Source: Vicugna vicugna (Eukaryota). Taken from it: DNA of 64,000 nt. Below, piece after piece: positions 1 to 11,680 of this stretch. The notes under the pieces are model-generated. The model saw only the letters and a program-made list of their open reading frames with translations. It was not told where the DNA came from and did no database searches. A program made the translations under genes and the position numbers. Location: positions 248,001 through 312,000 of the forward strand of contig MU058883.1 in assembly GCA_013265495.1 (NCBI GenBank), written 5' to 3'. Numbering within the stretch: the first letter of the stretch is position 1; each line of letters begins with the position of its first letter.

Positions 1-2217
1 ACACCTGCCCCACCCCGTCCTCCAGCACGGACCAGGGTCCCAGCCTCTACAACCAGGCCTCGGTCCCCTCCGCCTTTGTCCAGCATCGGTGGAGCCGCTG
101 CCCACTTGCTGGCCCAGGCACTCGGCCTCACCTTCTCACCCCTCCTCAGGCCGCCTCTGGCCCCCAGGCCCTCCCCCCAGGCCGTCCTCAAAGGAGCCCC
201 GCTCATTTTCTCTTCTCAGGACCCAAGCCTGTTGTCACCTCTGCCCACCCATGTGCCCCGGGCAGGGCTGGCTGTGTTTGTCCTGGGAAGGCACGAGGCG
301 GGCTGGGCGCGTACGGTGGAGCAGGGACTTGGTGAACGCAGGCGTGTGGTGGCAGGTGGACCCTAGGGGCAGGTGTGCATCGTCTCCTCCCTCCACTCTG
401 CCTCCTCCCTCGACCTCAGGACACCCCCGGGGCCCCCAGACACGGGCACCAGCCCTGGGACCAGGCCCCCCCACCTCATCCAGTGCTCCCTATGACTCTC
501 CCCACCCTCTGTCCCCAACAGTGGTCTCCATGGTGCCCACTCCCTTCACCCAGCTGGTGCGCCCCCCACACATGTCCCATACAGTCCTGCCCACGTGTCT
601 GCACCCTGCCTGGTCCTCCAGCTCCCCCTCCAAACCCTGCCTGCTGTCATCCCAACCCCACCCTGCTGAAGGGGGCACGGCCAAGCTGACACTCTCCAGT
701 CCCTGACGTCTGTCACCCTGACTCTGCAGGGTTTTCGTTTTCCGAGGGACCAGGAGTATTCTTATCCTAAGGTGGACATCCAGTCCTGTTCTTGACCAGA
801 CTTGAGAATCCGGGGAGAAAGGCGGAATCGGGCCTGGGGCTTGGCTCCAGTCCTGCTGCCCACCCCGCCGAGTGCTGTGGGAGCGAGGACAGGGGTGCCC
901 AGATGGCCAGTGTAGAGTGGCAGCAGAAAGGACTTTACACAGGAAGGTTAGATCTCACCAGGTGGTTGTAGCTTCCTAGAGCCCGGTGTTAAGAAGGATT
1001 CTGAGGCTCCCTCTGAGCTCAGAGGCTCAGTGCACTGTGAGACCTGCACAGGTCAAGGCAGAGCTGTCCCTCCACTGCCCACGGGTGCCCCTCACTGGAC
1101 AAGCGTCCCAAGAATTGACTTCTGGGCCCTGATCACAACCCACAGACTGGGCATCTCACACCAGGCCGGCCTCTGAGCCGGGGCAGGCCAAGTCTGCACC
1201 CAGATCCCCCTCAGGGGCTTAGGGGCCGTGTGGCACATCAATCAGGGTGGGTTCACCACGAATGAACAAGGAACAGGCATCGGGAAAAAAAGCTGGTTTG
1301 TTTAGAGGCCGCATCACCAGGAGAGTGGGGCCCAGCACATGGGGACACAAGCTTGTTCTCCCTCTGCTCGATCACACCTGGGGCAGTGTGTCTGGCTGGG
1401 GTGCTGCTCTGTGCGTGGCCACAGTCCCCCTGGGGGATCTGAAGCGGGCTGGCTGTGAGGGGCTTGGGTAGGGCCTGAGGAAGTGTGAGTGCTCAGGAGC
1501 AGCCAGCTGAAGGTGAGGAACCTCCGGGGAAACGGTGGCCATCTGGAACCCCTGAGGAGCCACCAGGGCTGGGTAGCTGCCGAGGACGGACCCAGAGGAC
1601 CACCCAGAACCCCACTGCTCCTGCTCAGACCTGGGTTTGATGCAGCGTCTAAGTGGCCGGCGGCTTTCACGCAGAGACCGAAGGCGCTGCTGGGAAGCCC
1701 CACCCTGCTCGACTCCTGACCGTTTTTATTTTTAAGTTCATCTTAAAAGGAGAGGGCTACACTCTTTTTTCCCAGTATTAGCAGTAATCTTCCTTGCATC
1801 CTTCCCGCTTTGCAGACGACGACTGTGCTCTGACAAAGCCTGTCTTACAGCAGTAAACATCCATCTCCATCCTGAGCACACGAAGAACGAATGTAACGCG
1901 GGGTCCACAGCCGAGGATAACGGGGTCGCCGTGCGGCGGGGGCCCTGAACACCCTTGTCTGTCTAGGTCACTGCCATCACTCAGGGCACGGGGGAAGACA
2001 AGGGGCAGGAAGGGCAGGCCTGCCGGCAAACCAGCTTCCGCACGTGATGCGACCACTGGGGCTGGCGTGCTGTGGGGCGGACGGAACACGAAAGAAGACA
2101 GTTTGTGACACGAAGGCTTCAACAGTGTCATTCTACTCAGGACTGATGGGAGGAAGGCTGGATTTGGACAGAGAAAGTGGATATAAATCTTAGCTAGCTA
2201 TCGCTCCTTTCTTTAAA

Positions 2218-2245
2218 NNNNNNNNNNNNNNNNNNNNNNNNNNNN
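2218..2245. other. Assembly gap (28 N) next to an A-rich tract
   Basis: Run of N followed by (A)n and aaag repeats. Confidence 0.99.
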
Positions 2246-5200
2246 AAAAAAAAAAAAAAAAGAAAAGAAAGAAAAGGAAAGGAGGCAGCTGCCCCAGCAG
2301 CCTTCCAGTGACGCCTGCGCAGGACGGGTCTGATGACGCCCCAGAGAGCGCACGGCCGCGGGGGGCGCGCTGGCCCGGGCAGGGCCTCCTGGCCGCTGCC
2401 TCTGACAGCCTCCCACCTCAAAGGCCGCGTCTCCCCCTCAAAGTGTATTTCCACATGAAAAGAGCAAGCTGTCGGTCTGGCGGGGCCTGGCGTCCGTCCG
2501 TGGGTCTCTCCGTCTCGGGCAGCTGGCTTCTCCATGAAGGCCTGTCCTGCCCCGCTGGGGCTTTAAGCCTGGCTGCAGCTGCTCTCAGGAGGACGGTGGG
2601 CTGAGGGAGGAGAGCCTGTCCTGCCCCCACCCGGCCGGCCATCAGCTGCCTCTTCAGTCCGGGGGCGGGGCGGGGGGGCCGGAGGTGAGGGTTGTATGGA
2701 GGCAAGGACGGGGAAGGGAGGGGGACAGCAGAGGCTGGGGGACAGGGACGAAAGTCCTGGGCCGAGCAAAAGCCTCTGACGGTGAGGCCTAGAAAGGACC
2801 CCCCACAAAGCCCCCCGCCGGGTCGGACGCCACCGGTCCACGCCCGGGCTCAGGGCCGAGTGCTGGGGCCCCCGTCCCCCTGGGCAGGGTGGGGAGGTGG
2901 TGGGTCCACATTCTGGAGGGGCCCTCGGTGGAAGCCCCCGAGGTCAGGAGAGGGGAAACCTTGTCCCAGATTGTGCGGGAGCCCTGGTGCTGGCACTGGA
3001 AGTGGGGGAGAGGGAGGGAGAGAAAGATGGAGGTGGCTGCAGCCTTTGTCCCTGGTGGTGACATGCTCTGACAGTGCCCTGAGGACTGAAGGACAGCTGG
3101 GCGCCCACGACCGGGTCAAGCCCCAGGGCAGCCCTACCTGGCCCGACGGCAGTGGTGAGAGGGGCTGAGCGCGCGGGGCTGCCAGTGGCCAAGGTCAAGT
3201 CGTGCAGGGGCCTCAGTGGGCCTGTGTCTCCGGCTGGCCCTGACCCCGCAGAGCTCTGACCTGCCCCCAGCCGTCAGATCCTACTGTCACCAGGTGTGGC
3301 CAGGGAGCAGGTGAGGGGTTGCGTGTCTGAGGTCCTTTCCAAACCCAGGACCAGACTTGCGAGCAGGGGAGGGAGCCAGGGGTCCTGGAACTTCTCTGTC
3401 ACCTTCCCACCTTGCCTGGGGCAGGCCTGGCTGCAGGGGCGGGTGTGACCTGCGGCCCCTGCTCCGGGCACCTGGGCCCTTTCTCGGCAGGTTAGGGCTG
3501 TCTCCCTGCAGATCCCGGGGGAGATTAGCGGGAGGAGAGCGAGCCCGCGGTGCCCGGGGTCACAGCAGAGATCAGGCCCCCCTGGACCGGCCCGGGGCCC
3601 CGTCTCACTGCAGGAACCCCCGCGTGGGCTCGGGGACCCGGGTCTGAGTGCCGCTCGTCGGGGTCGGAGTGGGGGCGGGGGGAGGGTCCCGCCGGGAAAC
3701 CAGCTGGGAGGCCGGGCTGCCTCTCAAGGAGAAGTCCCGCCTGCGCAGCGGCCCCGCAGGCAGGTCTCCCAAGCCCCGAAAACGCGCCCGCCCGTGGGGG
3801 TTTATGTAGCGGGCGTCTTGTCAGGGGCCCCCAGGTGCTTTTAAGTCCAAAGTTAGTCGAGCCTGTTGGTCTTGCCACCAGAGTAAATCCATCTCTCGGT
3901 TCCCCCGGAAGTTCCTGTTCTGGGGCCTGGAGGGCTGGCCGCCCCCCAACCCCGTCTGTCCCCGTGCAGGACCGCGGGGAGGGACGGTCCGCTCAGGAAG
4001 GCCGTGTCCACGTGAGCCCCGTGGACAGATCGCCGTCCTCAGAGTTACGGTCCAGCCTCGGTGTGAGCGACGCGTGACCACTTGGCCACAGCAGTGAAAC
4101 CCGACGAGAGGAAGTTCAAGGTCGCTGTATGTGAGAGACCAAGGGCCCTCCCGTAGGAGGCGCCCCGTGACCCCCACGACAGGAGCGCTCGGCCTGCGCC
4201 GCGTGGAAACCCGGCACCGTGGGCACTGGGCAAGGCTCCCACGCACAGAACGTGCATTTATGAACCAGTGCCCTAGAAACCACGCTTCCACCAGGCGCCC
4301 GTCTGAGACGCTGTGTGGCCACTCAGCCAACAGCAGTAGAACCAAGAGAAAAGCGTCAGAATTACTTGAGACAGCAAAGCAGGATCCCCGCTGTGGCTCT
4401 GGACTGTTTTATTTATTTGCAACAGCGAGGGTCTGTGATTACACTTCCCACAGGTGGGACAGAATGGACGCACGTGCCTTCTAAGGGGGCATCAGCGTGA
4501 CGCTAGCGGAGGGGAGCGCCCCCTCGGCCCTGCGCAGAAGCTCACAGGGAGGTCGGGGCGGCTCGAAGGCGACTCGCTTCTGGGACTCCTTGCCTGGGAG
4601 CTTGATGCCAAGACCTGTGGGGGAAGCGCCAGGAGAAGCCACGGTGGGCTTGAGCGCGTCGGGGTCACGGAGGTGACGCGGTGAAGGTGGGAGTTCGGGG
4701 GAAGGTCAGGGTGTTTGCACAGATTTCACCCGAGGTGTCCGCTCTGCTCCGCTGAATGCTCCATGGGGACAACGCGGTGTCTGCGGGGGACGTTTCCCCT
4801 CCCGCGCCCTGTAACACAGGAGGCCTGCGGACCCGGCCTCCAGCCCACGCTGACCGGGCATTCTACACGGAGATCAGCAAGGCGGTCCAGCCTGCAGAGG
4901 TTCTCATTTTGAAAGAGTATCAGGCACCTGGTGGACACAAGGGATTTCCACCGTAACTAATGTCCCGCTAGAAGCTGGAGGGCAGTAAGGCCGAATCGAG
5001 CCAGAAGGCACAAAGGGCTACTGCCGGCGTGGAGCACAGACTGGGCCTCACGGCAAATGTCAGTGAGCGCCACCCAGCGGCCACCACTGGGACGCTGGAG
5101 CAGCACCTTTCCACCTGAGAGACAGCCAGCCTGCTCCAGGGCTTGGATGAGAACGAGGCTGTGACCCCGGGTCACAGAGTAATCCTGAAACCTGCAACAC

Positions 5201-5499
5201 TCAGGGCAGCTTAAGTGACGCCCAAGAAACTGCCCGTGGGGAGGTCGGTGACGGGAGAGCTCCAGGACCAGATGGACGTTTATTTCCTTGTTTACGCAGT
5301 CGCGTGCCACCAGGGGACGCCAGTAGGAGCCTCTTATCCCTTGGCACTGACCTGGGACTGTCCCGTGACCGCGGGGACAGTGTCCTAGAAGCAGGCCTCG
5401 ATGGGCAGAGGGCTGCCCGGCTTGTGGACGGCAGTCCCAAGGGGAGTGTGCAGCGTCCTGCTCGGATGGTCACCGTCTGATGGAAGAAGGTGAAAACAA

Positions 5500-6140
5500 A
5501 TCAGCTCAGAGGGCTGAGCTGCAGGCTGTCTGCCTCGATGCTGGGCTTTCACTGACTCGTGGGTGCGGCCAGTGGCCAGGCTGTATGACCAGCAGGCTAG
5601 TCAGTGGAACACTCCCCTACTAAGGAGATGGTCTCATGCAAACCACTGTGGAAATCTGAGGGGGATATTAAACTGGGAACTTCTGATGCCCATCAGAAGT
5701 CCCTTCCAGGGTCAGAGGGTGACTGGAGTTGGCAAACGGCTAACCTGGTGACCTGGGCCCATGACATGAGTGGATGGGGTGCTGCAACTTTGCAGAGATG
5801 GACTGAACCTGGACCTGGTCCTCCTGCACCTGCTGAGGCATTGAATGCCGACAAGAGCTGTTGTGTGCATCAGCAGGAGCACCAGAGACGGCAGACGGCT
5901 GGGGGCAGAGGCCCCGGCAAGGCCCCGCACTGGGCTGACGGGTCAGACCGATGCCCCGTAGACCCAGAGGCTACAAACAGGTCCCGACAGGCCGGCCAAC
6001 TCTGGCCGGGGCTGCCGATGCAGCGGTAGATGTGGGTGCTCAGAGTGCCATGGAAGAGCTGGGACGGAAGGTCTGCCCCGGCTTGGTGACCGAGTTACGC
6101 TCCTTCAGACCCGAGAAGACACTTCCGTCTTCAGAGTGAC
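5500..6140 (+). mobile_element. ERVL-class (ERV3-16A3/ERVL-E-like) internal pol remnant: RNase H end and integrase N-terminus
   Basis: ORF 5604-6029 reads DAHQKSLPGSEGDWSWQ...TWAHDMSGWGAATLQRW...ALNADKSCCVHQQE, matching the ERVL pol pattern DAHQK..PGSEGDWN..WxHEMSGHGG..MQRW..NKNCSVCQQE as I remember it; zinc-finger residues are degenerate. Confidence 0.75.
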
Positions 6141-6149
6141 GGCTGGCCA

Positions 6150-6930
6150 GAGCGCTGGAAGAGGCGGGTGAAACACCGTTTGTCTGGACCATGGCAAGAT
6201 TGGGCGTGAAGGGCCGGTGTGTGTTCACTCTCCACACGAGTGGCTGCAGGCAGCTCCCTCTGTCCTTCTGGGGACCCAGGAAGAGGGTGGGGGAGAAGCT
6301 CGGACAACTACACTCGGCTAGAAGGCTCTGTATCCATGGAAACGGGGAAGGATTCCAGGGCCTGCACAGCTTGGCGCAGGCGCATTGATGACTGCTGCCT
6401 CTTGGCGCATTAACCCCTTTATCACTGTGCAGGGTCTCGCGCTGCCGGCGATGTCTCGGCTCAGAGTCCGCGTCCGCTCCGAATGCGGCCCCTCGGACCT
6501 CAGGGTCCGCGTGCTGTCTCTTCCCCGTCCGCTCACTTCCAGCCCGTGTGAAGGTCGCTGAAGGGCGCTTCTCGGCGGCGGCCTGGTCAGCGCCTCCCGG
6601 CCATCCTGCCGGCTCTTGCCCCTGGCGGGTCTGACCCGCTTGCGTTTCACGTGGGCACTGATAGGAAGAGGCCTTGCTCTGCTGTTTCATTTTTTATGGA
6701 CTGCTCTTTCCTTCTGTTTTTGTTTCAGGGCTTATTTCTAGAATAGCGCTGAATTTAGAGACAGACCGAGAAGACAGTCCAAACGGCCCGGCGCTTCTGA
6801 TACGATCACCGGACCAGAGCTGGTTGTCCTGACTGCCTCGTGCCACAGTTCACTCGTGCAGTCTCGTTTCAGCTAATGTGCTGCCCAGGGGTCACGCCGA
6901 ACGGCCCTGACCCCGGCGCTTCCTACTGTG
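6150..6930 (-). mobile_element. Old L1 fragment (inter-ORF spacer and ORF2 endonuclease), GC-shifted
   Basis: Minus strand gaaacaaaaaacagaaggaa...aaaaaatgaaacagcaga matches the L1M inter-ORF region; translation GLEVSGRGRDS and RPCTVIKGLMRQEAAVINAPAP parallels RLKVKGWKKIY and GHYIMIKGSIHQEDITILNVYAP. Confidence 0.6.
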
Positions 6931-8969
6931 ACGGACGCTCAGGCCTCCCCTGTTTCCGACGCCCGTGACGCTTCTGAGCAGGGCAGCAGGGCTGGGCGTG
7001 TATTCTGCAGGCTGTGCCCCTAGGCGGGTTCATCCAACCCGTCTCCCCTCTTGGCCCGGGGTCACGGGTTCCGGGGGGCGGGGGGACCGCCGAGGGCAAG
7101 GCCACTCTCGGTCAGCACGATGGAGCCCTTCGGCCTGGACCCCGATCGCCCGCCTCGGGGAGCGTCCGGCAGAGCAGAGCGCCTGCGCAGACATGGGGGC
7201 TCTTCACTCCGGACTCTCTTCTACGCTGTCAGCATATTCATGCGGTAACCTGTGGGCATCGGCGTGGGTGTGTGGAGACTGAGTTTATGCTTTGAGCTAC
7301 TGACTCAGTCTATTGTTTTTGTCCAAACTGCTCCAGGCGTGGCCCCTGGGGAGCTCTTTCTGTGGGTCCTGTGTCCCTCTGACGTGCTCCCGCCCATGTG
7401 GGTGTTTCAGGGGGCGCTTCCCAGCTTTCTGGCCCTGCAAGGTGCGCCAGGCTGTCTCGTACGTTCCCAGCCCCCGTCCTAGAGTCAGCCGTCTCTCCGA
7501 GAAGCCCTCTGACTGGAGGGTGGTTTTAGAAGCCCGGCGCCAGGAGCCAGGCGAGCTGTTGCCTCTGGGGTGGGGTTTCTTGGGGGCCCTCTCTGTGGAT
7601 ACAGGAGTCCTCTCAAAGGACCCCTCCCTCACTGCAGACTGGATGGGTGGGGGTGTACTGGAGAGGGGAAGGGGCAGCAGGCCAGAGACGGACAGCCCTT
7701 TCTGGAGCCGACCTGGACGTCCAGCCTGGCGTCTGGAGTGCAGGGAACCACAGGTGAGTGCAGGGCAGCCCTGCTCGGCCCACCCCCAGGCCCCCAGAGC
7801 CCCCCAAACACCACCCTGATCACTTCCTGCCTCCAAAGGGGCAGGTTAGCCCACTGGAGCGGGTGGGGGAGTGGATGGGGCAAAGAAAGTCCCAGGGCTG
7901 TGCCCGGAGGCCTCAGCAGAGGGCAGCCCCTCTCCACCTGTAGCCAGGTGGCAGTCAACGCCACCGCCCTCGGCAGGCTCTCCTGTCTCCGGCATCTACG
8001 CCCCGCAGGCCCCAGCAGGCACCCGTGCTGCGGCCCATGCCTGGGGGGCTCCCCAGGAGAAGCAGGGCACTCCCTAAGGCCTTCTTCCACTGCCCACTGG
8101 ACCTTCTGGCCTCCCAAAGGTCTCTCTCCTATCGTGCCCTCCCTGGAGGCCCTGGGCTGGGGGGGCACCGCGTGATCAGCCAGTCTCCCCCCCACCCCCG
8201 GCAAAGGGCAAAGGCCCTCGAGCACGTCAGCGGCACCTGATCCCTAAGCGGCACAGGCACAGGGTGAGGCTGTGACCAGCACCTGTCAGGACGGTGAGCA
8301 GTGCCGCTCCTCTGTCACAGAAGCAGATGTCCAGGCCGCTCAGTCACGTCAGAACAGGTGCCTGCGGAGGGCCAGGGAGCCTGGGCCCAGACCCCAAGGA
8401 ACTAAGTCCCCCTAGGCCGACCAGCCGCTGGAGGGCCCTCCTGGGGGCTCTGCCCGGAGCCGCGTGTGTGAACACGTGTGTGAGCGCACGGGCACGCACC
8501 TCTGTGCTTGCTCATCCTGCCTCTTCTGTGACTGGCGTCCTGGAGTCCGAGCCGGCGGACAGCCCACTCCCGGGACGGGCCCCAGGCGGTGCCCCGCCCC
8601 CATCCCTGCGCGTCTTGTGAAGTAAAATTGGAGCAGAGGCCTTGTTCGATTTGGGCTGCACGTGCTTGGCAGAAGGACTTCAGAGGTGACAGGCTTTCCG
8701 GAGAGCTGCCCCGGGCCGGAACGGGCCTCTGTCCTGTTTCGGCGCAGCCGCCCCAGAGGCCTTGCAGTACCATGAACGGGCACCAGGGGGAGCACGAGAT
8801 TCCGGAAAAGAGCCCAGCCCCTCTCCCTCTCGTGCACGATCCCCGAAAAGTGCCTCTTCCAAAAATGGTCTCAGGGGCCCCTTGAATGCGAGCCAGCCGA
8901 CTGGCGAGGGCCTCGCCCTGCACAAAGCCAGTCTGTAAAGACGGAGAGGTGGCGATTTTTTAACAATTC

Positions 8970-9117
8970 TTTTTTTTTTATTGACGTGTAGCCGATTTAC
9001 AGTGGTATTTTCAGGTGTACGGCAAAGTGATGCAGTTGTACACACACATGTATTTTTTCAAATTCTTTTCCATTCCAGTGAACGACTGAGTGTAGTTCCC
9101 TGTGCTACAGCGCAGGT
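8970..9117 (-). mobile_element. Short L1 3' end with poly(A) tail, of the type common in cetartiodactyl genomes
   Basis: T-run then attgacgtgtagccgatttacagt...tcaggtgtacggcaaagtgatgcagtt...tagttccctgtgctacag. Confidence 0.65.
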
Positions 9118-9129
9118 GGGTGGCTGGTT

Positions 9130-10260
9130 CTGAAACGCATGAACTTCAGCAAAAGAATTCACAGGTTTTCCTCTCGGCGCGTGGGGAGCCCTTTAATCAG
9201 AGGGGTCCTGCGTCGCCAGCTCCTCCCACTGCCCTGCTCCTCCACACGGGTTTCCTCGCCTTTTTTCAAACAGGATTTGCTTGCCATCCTGTTCATGCCC
9301 ACATCCTGGTTGCGTGTCCTGAATTGAAATTCTTTGCTGCGGCCAGAGAGACCACTTTGCTGGTAAATAACTGGCTGATTGTTTTATGTGAACACAGTGT
9401 GAACTTGGTGTGAAAACTTGGTGTGATTTTTATATAACACAATAAGTCACACTTTATTAATGAGAGGTCTTGATTGATCGTACGAGTTTCCAGTCTCCCT
9501 TTCCTGCGAATTCATTAATTAGGGAATCAAAATTTATATGTTCAGCAACTTCGTTTTCAGCTAGTCTAACTGAAAGCAGAACTGGTCACTCTGGGCAGAT
9601 GCAGGATTACAGATCGTTTTTGGCAACTTTCCACTTTGAGAAGGATCTTTCTGCTGACGAAACCGTGGCTGGGGCTGTTCGGGGTGTTGGCGGGCTGTGA
9701 TGACACTGCGATACTTTCTAAGTATTTTGAAAGGTATATTTTAGGACATTTGAGCTGATGACTCCTTCAGAGCAATTTTTTAAAAAGATTTAACTCTTCA
9801 TACAAGTGAGTTTTGTGAAAGTCTGAATTTAAATGTAAATCTATAGTGTCATTCTAATATTTCCTGTAACTTGCAGAGATCATGTAAGAAACTGAGTCGT
9901 GATTTGCACATCGTTTCCAGGACTTCTTTGCGCATTTATCACTGCATCTTCAATTATACTGAAAAATTAGTTTTTAAGTTACCGTCCATGTCAGTAGTAA
10001 TTGGTTCATCAAAGCATCATATGAAAGTTTTCTTTTCTGCCTAATGCGGTGTTCCTTAAATTTAATTTTTGTTTCCAAGCCTGTGGATTTTGCTTTGCAA
10101 TGCTGAAGTTTTCCAAAATCAAAATTCTAAACTCCTAGAATAATTTTAATAACTTGCTGATACGCTTTATTGCAATGTCCACGTATTTGCTTTTCTTGAA
10201 CTGATTTGCTGATAAAATTGACTGCCCAGGCACCAGCATTCCTGCCCTGGGAGCATTTGT
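9130..10260 (-). mobile_element. hAT-Tip100 (Zaphod-like) DNA transposon fossil
   Basis: 9495-9678 translates TAPATVSSAERSFSKWKVAKNDL*SCICPE*PVLLSVRLAENEVAEHINFDSLINEFAGK (hAT C-terminal dimerisation domain); upstream KYVDIAIKRISKLLKLF*EFRI and HLYEELNLFKK fit the same transposase. Boundaries approximate. Confidence 0.8.
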
Positions 10261-11352
10261 GCGGAGGCTGCAGGGACGTTCTGCGGGGACGGATGTGCTG
10301 CCCCCCCACCCCCCAGTCCTGGTGCTGCCCAGTGGGGAGCCCCTCTTTCTACCCGGGGTTACGACCTCTCTGACCTTTGCTGCCGCGGAGACCGCCCCGC
10401 AGTGCTGGCCGTGGCACATTGCACACAGAGCCCCCTGTGAGAAGTGCTGGTTGGCCGCTTTCCATCATCCTCCGTGTGCACCGTTCTCTCTCTGGAAGCC
10501 GCACAGGGCTGGCTCTCAGGCCTGCTCCCACGGAGGCCTTGGGACGCCTGGGCCTGCTCGCCCCTCCCTGGCGGCCACTCCATGGAGGGGAGGAGGAGAC
10601 TAGGGCTCACACAGGGCGGCCTCACTGCCAGGCTGCACTGGGGGGCAGATTTAAGGGGGCAAAGAGGCGGCCACAGGAAGCGGGGTGGGGAGCCTTCCTT
10701 CTCTCCCACCCCCAGGGAGCTGGTGCAGGAAGACACAGCCTCCACATGGCGTCCCCTGGGAAAGGCTGCCCAGGGCCTCCCTGCCAGCCTTGCTCTCTGG
10801 ATGGGTCTCCAGGAACCCCCAGCCGAGGGGGCTTTGTTCTCTTGGGGAGGAAGATTCCAGATCAGCTCTGGTCTTTGGGGAGAAAATGGCTGGGGCTCCT
10901 CTCAGCCTGGCGGGGAGCCCGGGGGTTCTGCAGTGAGGGCCCCAGTGCCTGGCTGTGGGGACCTGCGGGTCTGGGCACTGGCGGATGGTGGGATTGGGTG
11001 CCCTGTGTCCAGCCCACTCCCCTGCAGCCTCGGGCTCCAGCCACACCGTTCCAAGCAGGTCTCCAGGTGTGGTGGCCGTTCAGGTCCCCCGGGCTGGGGG
11101 TGCTGGGGCGCGTCCAGGCCAGGAGGGCACGTCTGTGGGATGTCCTACCCTTGGGCCTTCTCGGGACCGGGTTGGCTCACCCTGGACCTCCAGCCTGTCC
11201 CCCTAGGTCTCAGCTTTGATTCTGACTCCACAAAGAGGAGGCGAGAGAGGCCCTGTGGGAAGATGGAGGCCCAGCCTCCAGGGGGTGCCTGCCTCACCCC
11301 GCCTGCCCTCAGACGCCTGTCGGGCCCAGGGAGACGGCAGGGCTTGGGGTGG

Positions 11353-11358
11353 TTTACT
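11353..11358 (-). terminator. AQP12: Candidate AQP12 polyadenylation signal, variant AGTAAA
   Basis: Minus-strand AGTAAA ~100 nt after the stop; I saw no AATAAA closer. Confidence 0.45.
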
Positions 11359-11456
11359 GACAAATGGTTTCTGGGGAGGAAGGGGGTGTGGGTTGGGTCC
11401 CCTCTCAGCTCAGGGAGGTCCCGGGATCCAGCCAGGGCCAGGTGCTCACGTGATGC

Positions 11457-11680
11457 TCACAGGGACCCTCCTGGCCCAGCGGGGGCTTGGCGGCTGCCGC
11501 CCACCCGACGCCGCCCGAGCCCCTGCCCCCTGCACCCCTCCGCAGGCCTCTCGGTGTCTCCGGGCCCTTGGGCAGGCTTCGCTCTGGGGATTCGGTACTT
11601 GTTCTTCTGACTGTAGAACAGGTTCCTCTGGAAGAGGCGTGGGAGGCGGCCGTGATGCAGCAGCACAGCCAGGACCATCC
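11457..11680 (-). CDS. AQP12: Aquaporin-12 exon 3 (224 nt coding including stop)
   Basis: cag|GGATG; GMVLAVLLHHGRLPRLFQRNLFYSQKNKYRIPRAKP...GGSL*; spliced CDS 948 nt = 315 aa, no frameshift or premature stop. Confidence 0.95.

Noticed and set aside
1700-2217. 3'-UTR-like AT-richer stretch with a minus-strand AATAAA (~1726) and a plus-strand TATAAA (2182-2187)
   Set aside because: I could not link it to any exon or repeat family, and the adjacent gap hides context. Isolated hexamers are not enough.
3480-4330. CpG-island-like region suggesting an unannotated promoter
   Set aside because: No associated exon found. CpG richness is equally explained by the GC shift seen in neighbouring repeat fossils. 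It needs methylation or CAGE data.
4000-5300. Possible further plus-strand L1 remnant
   Set aside because: Similarity by eye is too weak to support without an alignment.
5306-5320. CTCF-like GCCACCAGGGGACGC
   Set aside because: Mismatch at a highly conserved G of the core.
6330-6343. X-box GTATCCATGGAAAC
   Set aside because: Lies inside a decayed L1 far from any promoter I can identify; probably chance.
1-9000. GPR35, the usual neighbour of AQP12
   Set aside because: No ~300 aa seven-transmembrane ORF or DRY motif on either strand; it is not in this window.
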